Below, in pieces: positions 31,316 to 39,916 of a stretch of 64,000 nucleotides of DNA (the stretch's first letter is position 1; every line of letters begins with the position of its first letter). This DNA comes from Clostridia bacterium. Its GTDB lineage: Bacteria > Bacillota > Clostridia > Oscillospirales > Acutalibacteraceae. The notes beneath the pieces were generated by a model. The model saw only the letters and a program-made list of their open reading frames with translations, made no database searches and was not told the origin of the DNA. The stretch spans positions 13,340 through 77,339 of the forward strand of contig JAKSQC010000001.1 of the NCBI GenBank assembly GCA_024404325.1, written 5' to 3'. Position numbers and translations under genes: made by a program.

Positions 31316-31981
31316 ATGGAAAACTTTAAGCGTATTACCCTTTTGTGCGGTCACTACGGAAGCGGTAAAACAAATATCGCGGTCAATATGGCATACGAAC
31401 TTAAAAAGAAATATTCAAATGTTGCCATAGCCGACCTCGATATAGTAAACCCGTACTTTCGCACCAAGGACAGCATAAAAGAGTTTGAAAAAAGGGATAT
31501 AAAGTTAATTTGCTCAAAATATGCAGGCTCTAATGTAGATATACCCGCCCTCCCACAGGAGATGTATGCACTTACAGACGATAGGCAAATGCACTGTATA
31601 ATAGACGTCGGCGGGGACGACAGAGGTGCGTTGGCACTCGGTCGCCTATCCCCTGCAATAAAAGAAGAAAACGATTATGATATGCTTATGGTTATAAACT
31701 GTTACCGTCCGCTGACGCGTGACGTACCCTCAACCATAAATATTATGCGTGAAATAGAAACCGCTTCGGGTATTAAGTTTACAGGTCTTATAAACAACTC
31801 AAATTTAGGTAAGCTTACAACAAAGCAAACGGTTATCGATTCACTTAAATTTGCCGACGGTGTTTCAAAGGCTTCGGGACTTCCGATATTTTGCACCGCA
31901 GTAAAACAAGGTTTATTTGACAGAAAAGACGGCAGTTTAAAAAACGTCTTTCCGATAGAACTTCAAGAAAACATATACTGA
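31316..31981 (+). CDS. Uncharacterised SIMIBI-class P-loop NTPase (CooC/GPN-loop-like)
   Basis: 221 aa with Walker A GHYGSGKT, DLDIVNPYF, Walker-B-like IIDVGGDD and an NNSN block. It starts 2 nt after the ACS2 stop. Confidence 0.7.
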   Translation: MENFKRITLLCGHYGSGKTNIAVNMAYELKKKYSNVAIADLDIVNPYFRTKDSIKEFEKRDIKLICSKYAGSNVDIPALPQEMYALTDDRQMHCIIDVGGDDRGALALGRLSPAIKEENDYDMLMVINCYRPLTRDVPSTINIMREIETASGIKFTGLINNSNLGKLTTKQTVIDSLKFADGVSKASGLPIFCTAVKQGLFDRKDGSLKNVFPIELQENIY

Positions 31982-31996
31982 TAAGGAGCGATGAAT

Positions 31997-32203
31997 ATGG
32001 CAAAACTTAAGTTCAAAACAGATTTTTGTAAAGGTTGCGGACTGTGTGTAGACGCTTGTCCAAAAAAACTGTTAAAACTCGCAACCGACAAAATCAATAA
32101 AAAGGGACATCATCCGGCAGAAATAACCGATCAAGATTCCTGTACGGGTTGCACAAGTTGTGCAATAATGTGTCCGGACTGTGTAATAACGGTAGAAAGG
32201 TAA
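31997..32203 (+). CDS. 2-oxoacid:ferredoxin oxidoreductase delta subunit (2x[4Fe-4S] ferredoxin)
   Basis: Has CKGCGLCVDACP and CTGCTSCAIMCP motifs. ATG 31997 lies 8 nt after AGGAG. Confidence 0.85.
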   Translation: MAKLKFKTDFCKGCGLCVDACPKKLLKLATDKINKKGHHPAEITDQDSCTGCTSCAIMCPDCVITVER

Positions 32204-32211
32204 GTGAAATT

Positions 32212-33273
32212 ATGGCTGATAAAGTACTTATGAAAGGTAACGAAGCCTTAGCGGAAGCCGCAATATTAGCAGGTTGCCGTCACTACTTCGGTTATCCTAT
32301 CACCCCGCAGACAGAGGTTGCGGCTTATATGGCAAAAAAGATGCCGAAAATCGGCGGAACGTTTTTGCAGGCGGAAAGTGAAATTGCCGCTATAAATATG
32401 GTATACGGTGTTTCTTCGGCAGGTCACCGCGTTATGACATCATCTTCAAGCCCCGGAATTTCCTTAAAGGGCGAGGGAATATCATATCTTGCCGGTGCAG
32501 ACCTTCCTGCACTCGTAGTAAACGTACAGCGTGGGGGTCCGGGACTCGGAGGCATACAACCGAGCCAGTCCGACTATTTTCAGGCTACAAAGGGTGCCGC
32601 ACACGGCGACTTCCATATGATAGTATTAGCACCTGCATCTGTTCAGGAAATGGCAGAGCTGACCATTAAGGGATTTGAACTTGCAGACAAGTACAGAATG
32701 ACCTCTATGATTTTGGCAGACGGTACTATGGGACAGATGATGGAACCTGTTGACCTTGATTTTAAAATCACACCCGAACCCGAAAAGCCTTGGGCAACTA
32801 CGGGTACAAAACTCAAAAGAAATCATAACATAGTAAATTCTCTTTCCCTTGTTCCCGAAGAACTTGAACAACTCAATATAGCACGTTATGAGCGTTATAA
32901 GACGGTTGAAGAAAACGAATGTATGTATGAGGAATACTTAGTAGACGATGCCGATATAGTGCTTGTAGCATTCGGTATTACTTCGAGAGTTTCAAAACAC
33001 GCTATTGACAATGCAAGAGAACAAGGCGTAAAGGTCGGTCTTATCCGTCCCATTACCCTTTGGCCGTTCCCGAAAGCACCATTCCAAAAGGCAGTAGGAC
33101 ACGCCAAAGCATTTATAACGGTAGAACTTAATATGGGACAGATGATAGAGGACGTTAAACTTGCAACTAATTGTAAGGTTCCGGTACATCTTTGTAACCG
33201 TGTAGGCGGTATGATTCCTGACCATACACAGGTATATGATAAAATTATGGAAATCAACGAGGAGGTAAAATAA
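32212..33273 (+). CDS. 2-oxoacid:ferredoxin oxidoreductase alpha subunit (VorB/KorA-like)
   Basis: Has N-terminal KGNEALAEAAILAGCRHYFGYPITPQTE and MTSSSSPGISL. The start is ATG 32212; the ORF track start 32149 overlaps the delta gene. Confidence 0.88.
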   Translation: MADKVLMKGNEALAEAAILAGCRHYFGYPITPQTEVAAYMAKKMPKIGGTFLQAESEIAAINMVYGVSSAGHRVMTSSSSPGISLKGEGISYLAGADLPALVVNVQRGGPGLGGIQPSQSDYFQATKGAAHGDFHMIVLAPASVQEMAELTIKGFELADKYRMTSMILADGTMGQMMEPVDLDFKITPEPEKPWATTGTKLKRNHNIVNSLSLVPEELEQLNIARYERYKTVEENECMYEEYLVDDADIVLVAFGITSRVSKHAIDNAREQGVKVGLIRPITLWPFPKAPFQKAVGHAKAFITVELNMGQMIEDVKLATNCKVPVHLCNRVGGMIPDHTQVYDKIMEINEEVK

Positions 33274-33275
33274 CT

Positions 33276-34028
33276 ATGGTAGTATTTGAAAAACCGCACG
33301 CACTTACCGACGTGCCTTTACACTATTGCCCCGGTTGTACTCACGGTATCGTACATAGGCTCGTTGCCGAAGCAATCGACGAACTCGGAATTGAGGGACA
33401 GACAATAGGTATAGCACCCGTTGGTTGTTCGGTAATGGCTTACGATTACTTTAACTGCGATATGATAGAAGCCGCTCACGGACGTGCACCGGCAGTGGCA
33501 ACAGGCGTTAAAAGAGCCGACCCCGATAATCACATAGTATTTACCTATCAGGGCGACGGTGACCTTGCTTCCATAGGTATGGCTGAAACCGTACACGCAG
33601 CGGCAAGAAATGAAAATATAACCGTTATTTTTATAAACAATGCAATTTACGGTATGACAGGCGGTCAGATGGCACCTACTTCCCTGCCCGGTCAGGTTAC
33701 ACAGACTTCTCCTTACGGCAGAGATACATCCCACTGCGGTTATCCTATTAGGGTTTGCGAAATGCTCGCAACATTAGAAGGACCCGAGTATCTTGAAAGG
33801 GTAACCGTAAATAATGTTGCTAACGTACGCAAAGCAAAAAAGGCCATTAAAAAGGCTTTCCAAAACCAAATAGATAAAAAAGGTTTTTCACTAATAGAGG
33901 TTGTATCTTCCTGTCCTACCAACTGGGGTATGACACCGCAAGACGCACTTAAGTGGATAGACGATAATATGCTTCCATATTATCCTCTTGGCGTTTATAA
34001 AGACCGTTCTGCAAAGGAGGAAAAGTAA
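33276..34028 (+). CDS. 2-oxoacid:ferredoxin oxidoreductase beta subunit (TPP-binding)
   Basis: Has a CPGCTHG cluster ligand block and the GDGDLASIG...NNAIYGMTGGQ TPP motif. Confidence 0.88.
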   Translation: MVVFEKPHALTDVPLHYCPGCTHGIVHRLVAEAIDELGIEGQTIGIAPVGCSVMAYDYFNCDMIEAAHGRAPAVATGVKRADPDNHIVFTYQGDGDLASIGMAETVHAAARNENITVIFINNAIYGMTGGQMAPTSLPGQVTQTSPYGRDTSHCGYPIRVCEMLATLEGPEYLERVTVNNVANVRKAKKAIKKAFQNQIDKKGFSLIEVVSSCPTNWGMTPQDALKWIDDNMLPYYPLGVYKDRSAKEEK

Positions 34029-34570
34029 TGAAACTTCCAATACAGTGCTTATTTTCAGGCTTTGGCGGACAGGGTATCCTGTTTTCCGGCAAATTTATGG
34101 CATATAAGGGTATGATTGAGGATAAATTTGTATCATGGCTTCCTTCCTACGGTCCCGAAATGCGTGGCGGTACCGCAAGTTGCAGTGTGGTTATAAGCGA
34201 TAGGGAGATTGCATCTCCCATTATTTCAACACCCGATATTTTGGTTGCAATGAATTTACCGTCACTTGATAAGTACGAAAAAATCGTAAAAAAAGGCGGT
34301 ACAATATTTGTTGACTCAACCCTTATCGAAAGAAAGGTTGAAAGGGACGATGTAAACGTATATTATGTCCCTGCAACCAAACTTGCAAGCGATAATAATA
34401 TGCCGACTCTTGCAAATATGATACTTGTCGGTAAAATATTAAAGGTAAGAAATGAATATTCAGAAGAAAGTGTCCGTGCGGCTCTTACAAAGGTAGTTTC
34501 CGCAAAACACGCCGATTTGCTTGAAGTCAATATGAAAGCAATGCAAATAGGTGCTTCTTACGAGGAATAA
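34028..34570 (+). CDS. 2-oxoacid:ferredoxin oxidoreductase gamma subunit
   Basis: 180 aa with GFGGQGILFSGK and YGPEMRGG blocks. Its ATG overlaps the beta stop (ATGA-type junction). Confidence 0.85.
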   Translation: MKLPIQCLFSGFGGQGILFSGKFMAYKGMIEDKFVSWLPSYGPEMRGGTASCSVVISDREIASPIISTPDILVAMNLPSLDKYEKIVKKGGTIFVDSTLIERKVERDDVNVYYVPATKLASDNNMPTLANMILVGKILKVRNEYSEESVRAALTKVVSAKHADLLEVNMKAMQIGASYEE

Positions 34571-34589
34571 CAAGAAAGGAATTATTGCT

Positions 34590-35651
34590 ATGAATATCAG
34601 AGTTGAAAACACACAGCATCCGTCATCAATGCCGGGTAGTGAATTTGGATTCGGCAGAATTTTTTCAGACCATATGTTTATGATGGACTACAATGCAAAC
34701 GAGGGTTGGCATGATGCAAGAATAGTCCCGTTTGGAAGACTTTCCATTCACCCTGCTTCCACCGTACTTCACTACGGTGCAGAGATATTTGAGGGACTTA
34801 AGGCATACCGCCGTCCCGATGGCGGAGTACAACTTTTCAGACCTATTGAAAATATCCGCCGTATGAATGATTCGGCAGAGCGTTTGTGCTTACCGCAAAT
34901 TCCCGAAGATGAAGCTATGGAAATACTCACCACATTTATCAGTCACGAAAAGGAGTGGACACCGTCAGCCCCTGGAACAACACTTTACATTCGTCCTTTC
35001 CTGTTCGGTAACGATGAATCACTCGGCGTACACGCAGTGAAGAACGCTACTTTCGTAATTATTGCATCACCTACGGGAAGTTATTATAAAGAGGGCTTTA
35101 AGCCGGTACGCATTATGATTGAAGATGAGGACGTAAGAGCAGTACGAGGCGGTACGGGTTATGCTAAATGCGGAGGTAACTACGCAGCAAGCACACGTGC
35201 AGGAGAGAGAGCCGAACAGATGGGTTATTCTCAAGTACTTTGGCTTGACGGTGTTGAGCGTAAGTACATAGAGGAAGTAGGAGCAATGAACGTTATGTTC
35301 AAAATAAACGGCGAAATCGTTACTCCTAAACTTACAGGCTCAATACTCCCCGGTATTACAAGAAAGTCCTGTATTGAACTTTTAAGAAGCAAGGGTTATA
35401 AGGTTTCAGAGCGTCTGCTCAGTCTCCAAGAACTCGTAAGTGCTATGACTGACGGCACACTCGAGGAAGCTTGGGGTTGCGGAACAGCGGCAGTAGTATC
35501 ACCTATCGGTGAGCTTTGCTATAAAGATATTAAGTACGCTATCAACGGCGGTAAAATCGGTGAGCTCACACAAAGCCTTTACGATACCCTTACGGGTATA
35601 CAGTTTGGCAGAAGTGAAGACCCGTTCGGTTGGACTGTTCGTATAGACTAA
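34590..35651 (+). CDS. ilvE: Branched-chain amino acid aminotransferase (long, ~350-aa type)
   Basis: Has FGRIFSDHMF, YGAEIFEGLKAYR, GGTGYAKCGGNYAAS, EEVGAMNVMF and PGITR blocks. Confidence 0.9.
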   Translation: MNIRVENTQHPSSMPGSEFGFGRIFSDHMFMMDYNANEGWHDARIVPFGRLSIHPASTVLHYGAEIFEGLKAYRRPDGGVQLFRPIENIRRMNDSAERLCLPQIPEDEAMEILTTFISHEKEWTPSAPGTTLYIRPFLFGNDESLGVHAVKNATFVIIASPTGSYYKEGFKPVRIMIEDEDVRAVRGGTGYAKCGGNYAASTRAGERAEQMGYSQVLWLDGVERKYIEEVGAMNVMFKINGEIVTPKLTGSILPGITRKSCIELLRSKGYKVSERLLSLQELVSAMTDGTLEEAWGCGTAAVVSPIGELCYKDIKYAINGGKIGELTQSLYDTLTGIQFGRSEDPFGWTVRID

Positions 35652-35665
35652 TCATTTAAAAAGAC

Positions 35666-35694
35666 TTGACATATAATGATTTATGTGGTATAGT
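35666..35694 (+). promoter_or_regulatory. Sigma-A promoter P3 (drives T-box 3)
   Basis: TTGACA, 17 nt, then TATAGT preceded by TGG. It starts 15 nt after the ilvE stop. Confidence 0.65.
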
Positions 35695-35700
35695 TATTAA

Positions 35701-35975
35701 AAATTTCAAATGCATTGATGGAATTATTCCTTTTTTGTATGTCTATTTCAGAGAGCCGTCGGTTGGTGCAAGACGGAAAGGCTTTAAAGGGAAGTCTCAT
35801 TTCGGAGCAGAACTGCCTGAAATTTTAGTAAGCAGTTCCGGTTTGACCCCGTTACCGTGGTCAAGGGCTTGTTTGAGCCTATTTAAGTTGACCGTTTATT
35901 CGGTAAACAGGGTGGTACCGCGGATTAAATTATTCGTCCCTGAAACTGATGTATTTCAGTTTCAGGGATTTTTTG
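35701..35975 (+). promoter_or_regulatory. T-box leader 3, specifier CUC (Leu)
   Basis: Stem I base TGC/GCA has K-turn TGA..GA, an AGAGAG bulge and a GGTGCAA loop. The specifier layout is CTC-A-TTTC-GGA-GCA, with CTC at 35796-35798. The T-box sequence GGGTGGTACCGCGG lies around 35908-35922. The terminator TCCCTGAAACTGA/TCAGTTTCAGGGA (35937-35968) is followed by T6. Confidence 0.9.
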
Positions 35976-35996
35976 TTTTAAAAGGATTGGTGACTT

Positions 35997-37376
35997 ATGA
36001 ATAATATTAAAATTTCAGATTTAACTCTTTGTCTTGTAAGCAGTGATTTGACATTTAAGGAAAAAATAGAAATTGCAAGACAACTTGAAAAGTTACAACT
36101 TGACTGCATTGAACTTCCCGAAATCAAAAAGGTTAAATCTGATACCCTTTTTATACGCACTGTTTCTTCTTTTCTTAAAAACAGTATACTTTCGGTTTGT
36201 GCGGGAAGCAGTATAGAGAGTATAGACAATGCCGTTACGGCACTTAGTGTATGCAAAAAGCCGATGATAAGAATAGAACTTCCGGTATCAACTGTAAGAA
36301 TGGAATATGATTTTCATAAAAAAGCACCAAAAATGCTCGAATGGATAAATAAAACCGTTTGCTATGCTTCGCAAAAATGTGACGTTGAGTTTTGTGCACT
36401 TGATGCCACAAGAGCCGAGTCTGAATTTTTAATTGAAGCACTGAAAACCGCAGAGTCGGCAGGTGCAAAGATAATAACCGTTTGCGATGATGCAGGCGAA
36501 ATGCTTACCGATGAATTTACCGAATTTATAAAGCGTATAAAGAGCAATATATCAACGCCGATATACATTAACTGTAATAATAAAAACGGTATGGCACTTT
36601 CCCTTGCGGCTATTTCAATAAAGAACGGCGATGCACAAGGTGTTAAGACTTCGGTAAACGGTGACACCGTAAGTTTAGAGAATATATCAACTTTTATAAG
36701 AAACTGCGGAGAAAAACACAGTATAATATCAAATATAAGATACACAGAACTTTACCGTACTATCTCCCAAATCAAACGTATTACGGGAAATGTTACTGAA
36801 AGCAATGAAAAGACCGTATCCACAGTTACTTCAAACGATGAAATAAAACTCGATAAAAATGATGACAAAAACACCGTAATCACAATGGTGGCAAGACTCG
36901 GTTATGACCTTTCAAAAGAGGATGAAGACAATGTTTATGAGCAGTTTTTGCGTGTAGCCGATAAAAAGACAGTCGGAGCAAAGGAACTTGATGCGATAGT
37001 AATCAGTTCTGCTTTACAAGTACCGCCCACCTATAAACTTGATAATTATATAGTAAACAGCGGTAATTCTATTTCCTCAAGTGCACAGGTAACGCTTAAA
37101 CACTTTGACAGTGTAACTCAAGGCATAAGCATAGGCGACGGACCTATTGACGCCGCATTTTTGGCTATTGAGCAGATAATAGGTTGTCACTACGATTTAG
37201 AGGACTTCCAAATTCAAACCGTAACCGAGGGCAAAGAGGCAATCGGTTCTGCAATAATCAAACTGCGTTCGGCAGGTAAAATATATTCAGGCAACGGCAT
37301 TTCAACCGATATAATAGAGGCAAGCATAAGGGCGTACTTAAACGCACTTAACAAAATTGCCTACGAGGAGGTATAA
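35997..37376 (+). CDS. 2-isopropylmalate synthase-like protein with degenerate active site (pseudoenzyme) and intact LeuA C-terminal regulatory domain
   Basis: It is colinear with LeuA along its whole length, but the catalytic motifs are replaced: DTTLRDGEQ becomes DLTLCLVSS, HCHNDLG becomes NCNNKNG, and GIGERAGN becomes NGDTVSLEN. The C-terminus (GDGPIDAAFLAIEQI..., ISTDIIEASIRAYLNALNK) matches the LeuA_dimer/allosteric domain. Confidence 0.8.
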   Translation: MNNIKISDLTLCLVSSDLTFKEKIEIARQLEKLQLDCIELPEIKKVKSDTLFIRTVSSFLKNSILSVCAGSSIESIDNAVTALSVCKKPMIRIELPVSTVRMEYDFHKKAPKMLEWINKTVCYASQKCDVEFCALDATRAESEFLIEALKTAESAGAKIITVCDDAGEMLTDEFTEFIKRIKSNISTPIYINCNNKNGMALSLAAISIKNGDAQGVKTSVNGDTVSLENISTFIRNCGEKHSIISNIRYTELYRTISQIKRITGNVTESNEKTVSTVTSNDEIKLDKNDDKNTVITMVARLGYDLSKEDEDNVYEQFLRVADKKTVGAKELDAIVISSALQVPPTYKLDNYIVNSGNSISSSAQVTLKHFDSVTQGISIGDGPIDAAFLAIEQIIGCHYDLEDFQIQTVTEGKEAIGSAIIKLRSAGKIYSGNGISTDIIEASIRAYLNALNKIAYEEV

Positions 37377-37378
37377 CG

Positions 37379-39916
37379 GTGAAATTTTCTTTTTCCACAA
37401 AGGGTTGGCATAACTGTACCTTTGAAGATTTTGTAAGAATTGCAAATGAGCTTCAGTTTCAGGGTATAGAACTGCATAACATCCATAACGAGGCATTTAC
37501 CAAAAAAGGCGGTGCTTTACACGATTATACTGCGGCGGCTACTTTGCGTTATTTAAAAGAAAAAAATCTTTCACTGCCGTGTGTTGATGCGATAGGCGAC
37601 ATTGCAAGTGCCGACAGTGCTGATAATTTAAAGCAGGAAATTTCGCAGTGTATAGAGGTTGCATCACATCTTAAAATTTCATATATAAGGCTAAAGGCGG
37701 AAAAAAGTGACGATATAGATACTGCTACCAAAAACGTAATAAACCTTTTAGAGCAGATGCTACCCATCGCCGAGCAGGAAAATATCACTTTTCTTATTGA
37801 AACTTCTGGACTTTTTGCAAGTTCACTTAAACTCAGGGATATACTCGAATATTTTGCATGTGATAATTTGGCGGCTTTATGGAATTTATCCGATGCTTAT
37901 TTTGAAGCAGGAGAGAGTGCAGAAGAAATAATAAAGAATTTAGGTGCTTATGTACGCCACGTTCACGTAAACGATGCCGTTAAAACCGAAAACGGTACAA
38001 ATTACTGTCTTTTAGGCGAGGGAGAAGTTCCGTTTGAAGAAATTATGCTTGCCTTAAAATCGGTTAATTATGACGGCTTTTTATCGCTTGTATGGGACCC
38101 TGCTTGGTGCGAGGAACTTGACGATATTGAAATACTGTTTTCACAGTTTACAAATTATATGAAGCAGTTTGGCACAACCTACCGCAGGAATAAAACACTT
38201 TATTATAACAAGGCACGCACAGGCGAATTTGTATGGAAAAAAGACCTGCTTATAGACGAAACGTTTTCGCAGGTTCTTGACAGAATGGTTGAGGAATTCC
38301 CCGACCAATATGCCTTTAAGTATACAACACTTGATTACACAAGGACATATTCACAATTCCGTGATGATGTAAATACCTTTGCAAGAGCGTTAGTTGCACT
38401 CGGTGTTAAAAGCGGTACACACGTAGCGGTTTGGGCATCAAATGTACCGCAGTGGTATATAGCCTTTTGGGCGACGGTAAAGTTAGGTGCGGTTCTTGTA
38501 ACGGTAAATACCGCATACAAAATTCACGAGGTAGAGTATCTTTTAAAGCAGTCTGATACGCATACAATAATTATGACGCAGGGTGCTAAAGATACAAACT
38601 ACGGTGAAATTATTGCACAGCTTTGTCCTGAACTTGAAAACAAGAAACCATCTGGGCACCTCCACGCACGCAAACTGCCGTTTTTGAGAAATGTTATTAC
38701 CGTGGGATTTCGTCAAAAGGGTTGCCTTATGTGGAATGATGCATTAGAATTTTCATCACAGGTATCGCTTGAAACGGTAAACCGTATGGCAGATAGTGTA
38801 AATCATAATGACGTATGCAATATGCAGTATACTTCGGGTACAACGGGATTTCCTAAGGGCGTTATGCTGACGCATTATAATATAGTAAATAACGGTAAAT
38901 GTATAGGCGACCGTATGGACTTATCAACTGCTGACAGAATGATGGTACAAGTGCCTATGTTCCACTGTTTTGGAATGGTACTTGCAATGACGGCTACTAT
39001 GACGCACGGCGGTACGCTTTTACCTCTGCCCTATTTCTCACCGAAACCCGCACTTTCCTGTATAAACAACGAAAGAATAACGGCATTTCACGGTGTTCCC
39101 ACAATGTTTATAGCCCTCCTTGAGCACCCCGACTTTGCAAAAACCGACTTTTCTTATATGCGTACGGGAATTATGGCAGGAAGTCCGTGTCCTATTTCTG
39201 CTATGCGTGACGTTATTGATAAAATGAATATGCGTGACATAACAATAGTTTACGGTCAGACCGAAGCCTCCCCCGGTTGTACTATGAGTTCTACCGATGA
39301 TTCCATAGAGATAAGGGTGGGTACTGTCGGCAGACCTCTGCCAGAAATTGAATGTAAGATAGTAGACCCCGAAACGGGAGAAGAATGTCCTATAGGTGTT
39401 ACGGGTGAGTTTATAGCACGCGGTTATAATATAATGAAAGGCTATTATAAAATGCCTAAGGCCACAGCATCTGCCATTGACGCTAAAGGTTGGCTTCACA
39501 CCGGCGACCTTGCCTGCAAAACCGAGGACGGCAACTTCCGTATTACGGGCAGACTTAAAGATATGATAATAAGGGGCGGAGAAAATATCTATCCAAAGGA
39601 AATAGAGGAATTTATTTATACGCATAAAAAGGTCAGTGACGTTCAGGTTGTAGGCGTTCCCGACGAGCAGTACGGCGAGGAAATTTTAGCCTGCATTATA
39701 TTAAAAGAAAACGAGCAAATGACCGTTGATGAGATGAAAACGTATATTGCGGAAAATATGGCACGTCATAAAGTACCGAAATATATTGAGTTTGTGTCCG
39801 AATTTCCGATGAACGCCGCAGGCAAAATTTTGAAATATAAAATAAGAGAGGATGCTGTTAAAAAGTTGGGTTTAAACGCAAACGACAGCATAGTTATGGA
39901 CAATGGTAAACGGTAA
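37379..39916 (+). CDS. Fusion of xylose-isomerase-like TIM barrel (AP_endonuc_2-type) with a FadD-like AMP-forming acyl-CoA ligase
   Basis: Uses a GTG start 7 nt after GAGGAGG. The N-terminal ~270 aa are TIM-barrel-like (GIELHN..., IRLKA..., FLIETSG, HVHVND, SLVWDP). The C-terminal ~560 aa carry YTSGTTGFPKGV, VYGQTE, LHTGDL and GRLKDMIIRGGENIYPKEIE. Confidence 0.85.
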   Translation: MKFSFSTKGWHNCTFEDFVRIANELQFQGIELHNIHNEAFTKKGGALHDYTAAATLRYLKEKNLSLPCVDAIGDIASADSADNLKQEISQCIEVASHLKISYIRLKAEKSDDIDTATKNVINLLEQMLPIAEQENITFLIETSGLFASSLKLRDILEYFACDNLAALWNLSDAYFEAGESAEEIIKNLGAYVRHVHVNDAVKTENGTNYCLLGEGEVPFEEIMLALKSVNYDGFLSLVWDPAWCEELDDIEILFSQFTNYMKQFGTTYRRNKTLYYNKARTGEFVWKKDLLIDETFSQVLDRMVEEFPDQYAFKYTTLDYTRTYSQFRDDVNTFARALVALGVKSGTHVAVWASNVPQWYIAFWATVKLGAVLVTVNTAYKIHEVEYLLKQSDTHTIIMTQGAKDTNYGEIIAQLCPELENKKPSGHLHARKLPFLRNVITVGFRQKGCLMWNDALEFSSQVSLETVNRMADSVNHNDVCNMQYTSGTTGFPKGVMLTHYNIVNNGKCIGDRMDLSTADRMMVQVPMFHCFGMVLAMTATMTHGGTLLPLPYFSPKPALSCINNERITAFHGVPTMFIALLEHPDFAKTDFSYMRTGIMAGSPCPISAMRDVIDKMNMRDITIVYGQTEASPGCTMSSTDDSIEIRVGTVGRPLPEIECKIVDPETGEECPIGVTGEFIARGYNIMKGYYKMPKATASAIDAKGWLHTGDLACKTEDGNFRITGRLKDMIIRGGENIYPKEIEEFIYTHKKVSDVQVVGVPDEQYGEEILACIILKENEQMTVDEMKTYIAENMARHKVPKYIEFVSEFPMNAAGKILKYKIREDAVKKLGLNANDSIVMDNGKR

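Noticed and set aside
31316-31981. P-loop NTPase as a ParA/MinD partition or division ATPase
   Set aside because: It has no deviant Walker A lysine signature (KGGxxK), and no parB, parS or minE context. It is embedded in a metabolic operon.
32895-33734. Minus-strand ORFs of 134, 77 and 138 aa
   Set aside because: They are antisense to the oxidoreductase alpha and beta subunit genes, which carry clear TPP and Fe-S motifs.
35666-36004. 112-aa plus-strand ORF preceding the LeuA-like gene
   Set aside because: It starts at the -35 hexamer and runs straight through the T-box 3 leader and its terminator. The RNA-element interpretation explains every conserved feature.
39038-39625. 195-aa minus-strand ORF
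   Set aside because: It is antisense within the acyl-CoA ligase domain, whose adenylation motifs on the plus strand are unambiguous. Its sequence is Arg/Cys/His-rich nonsense.
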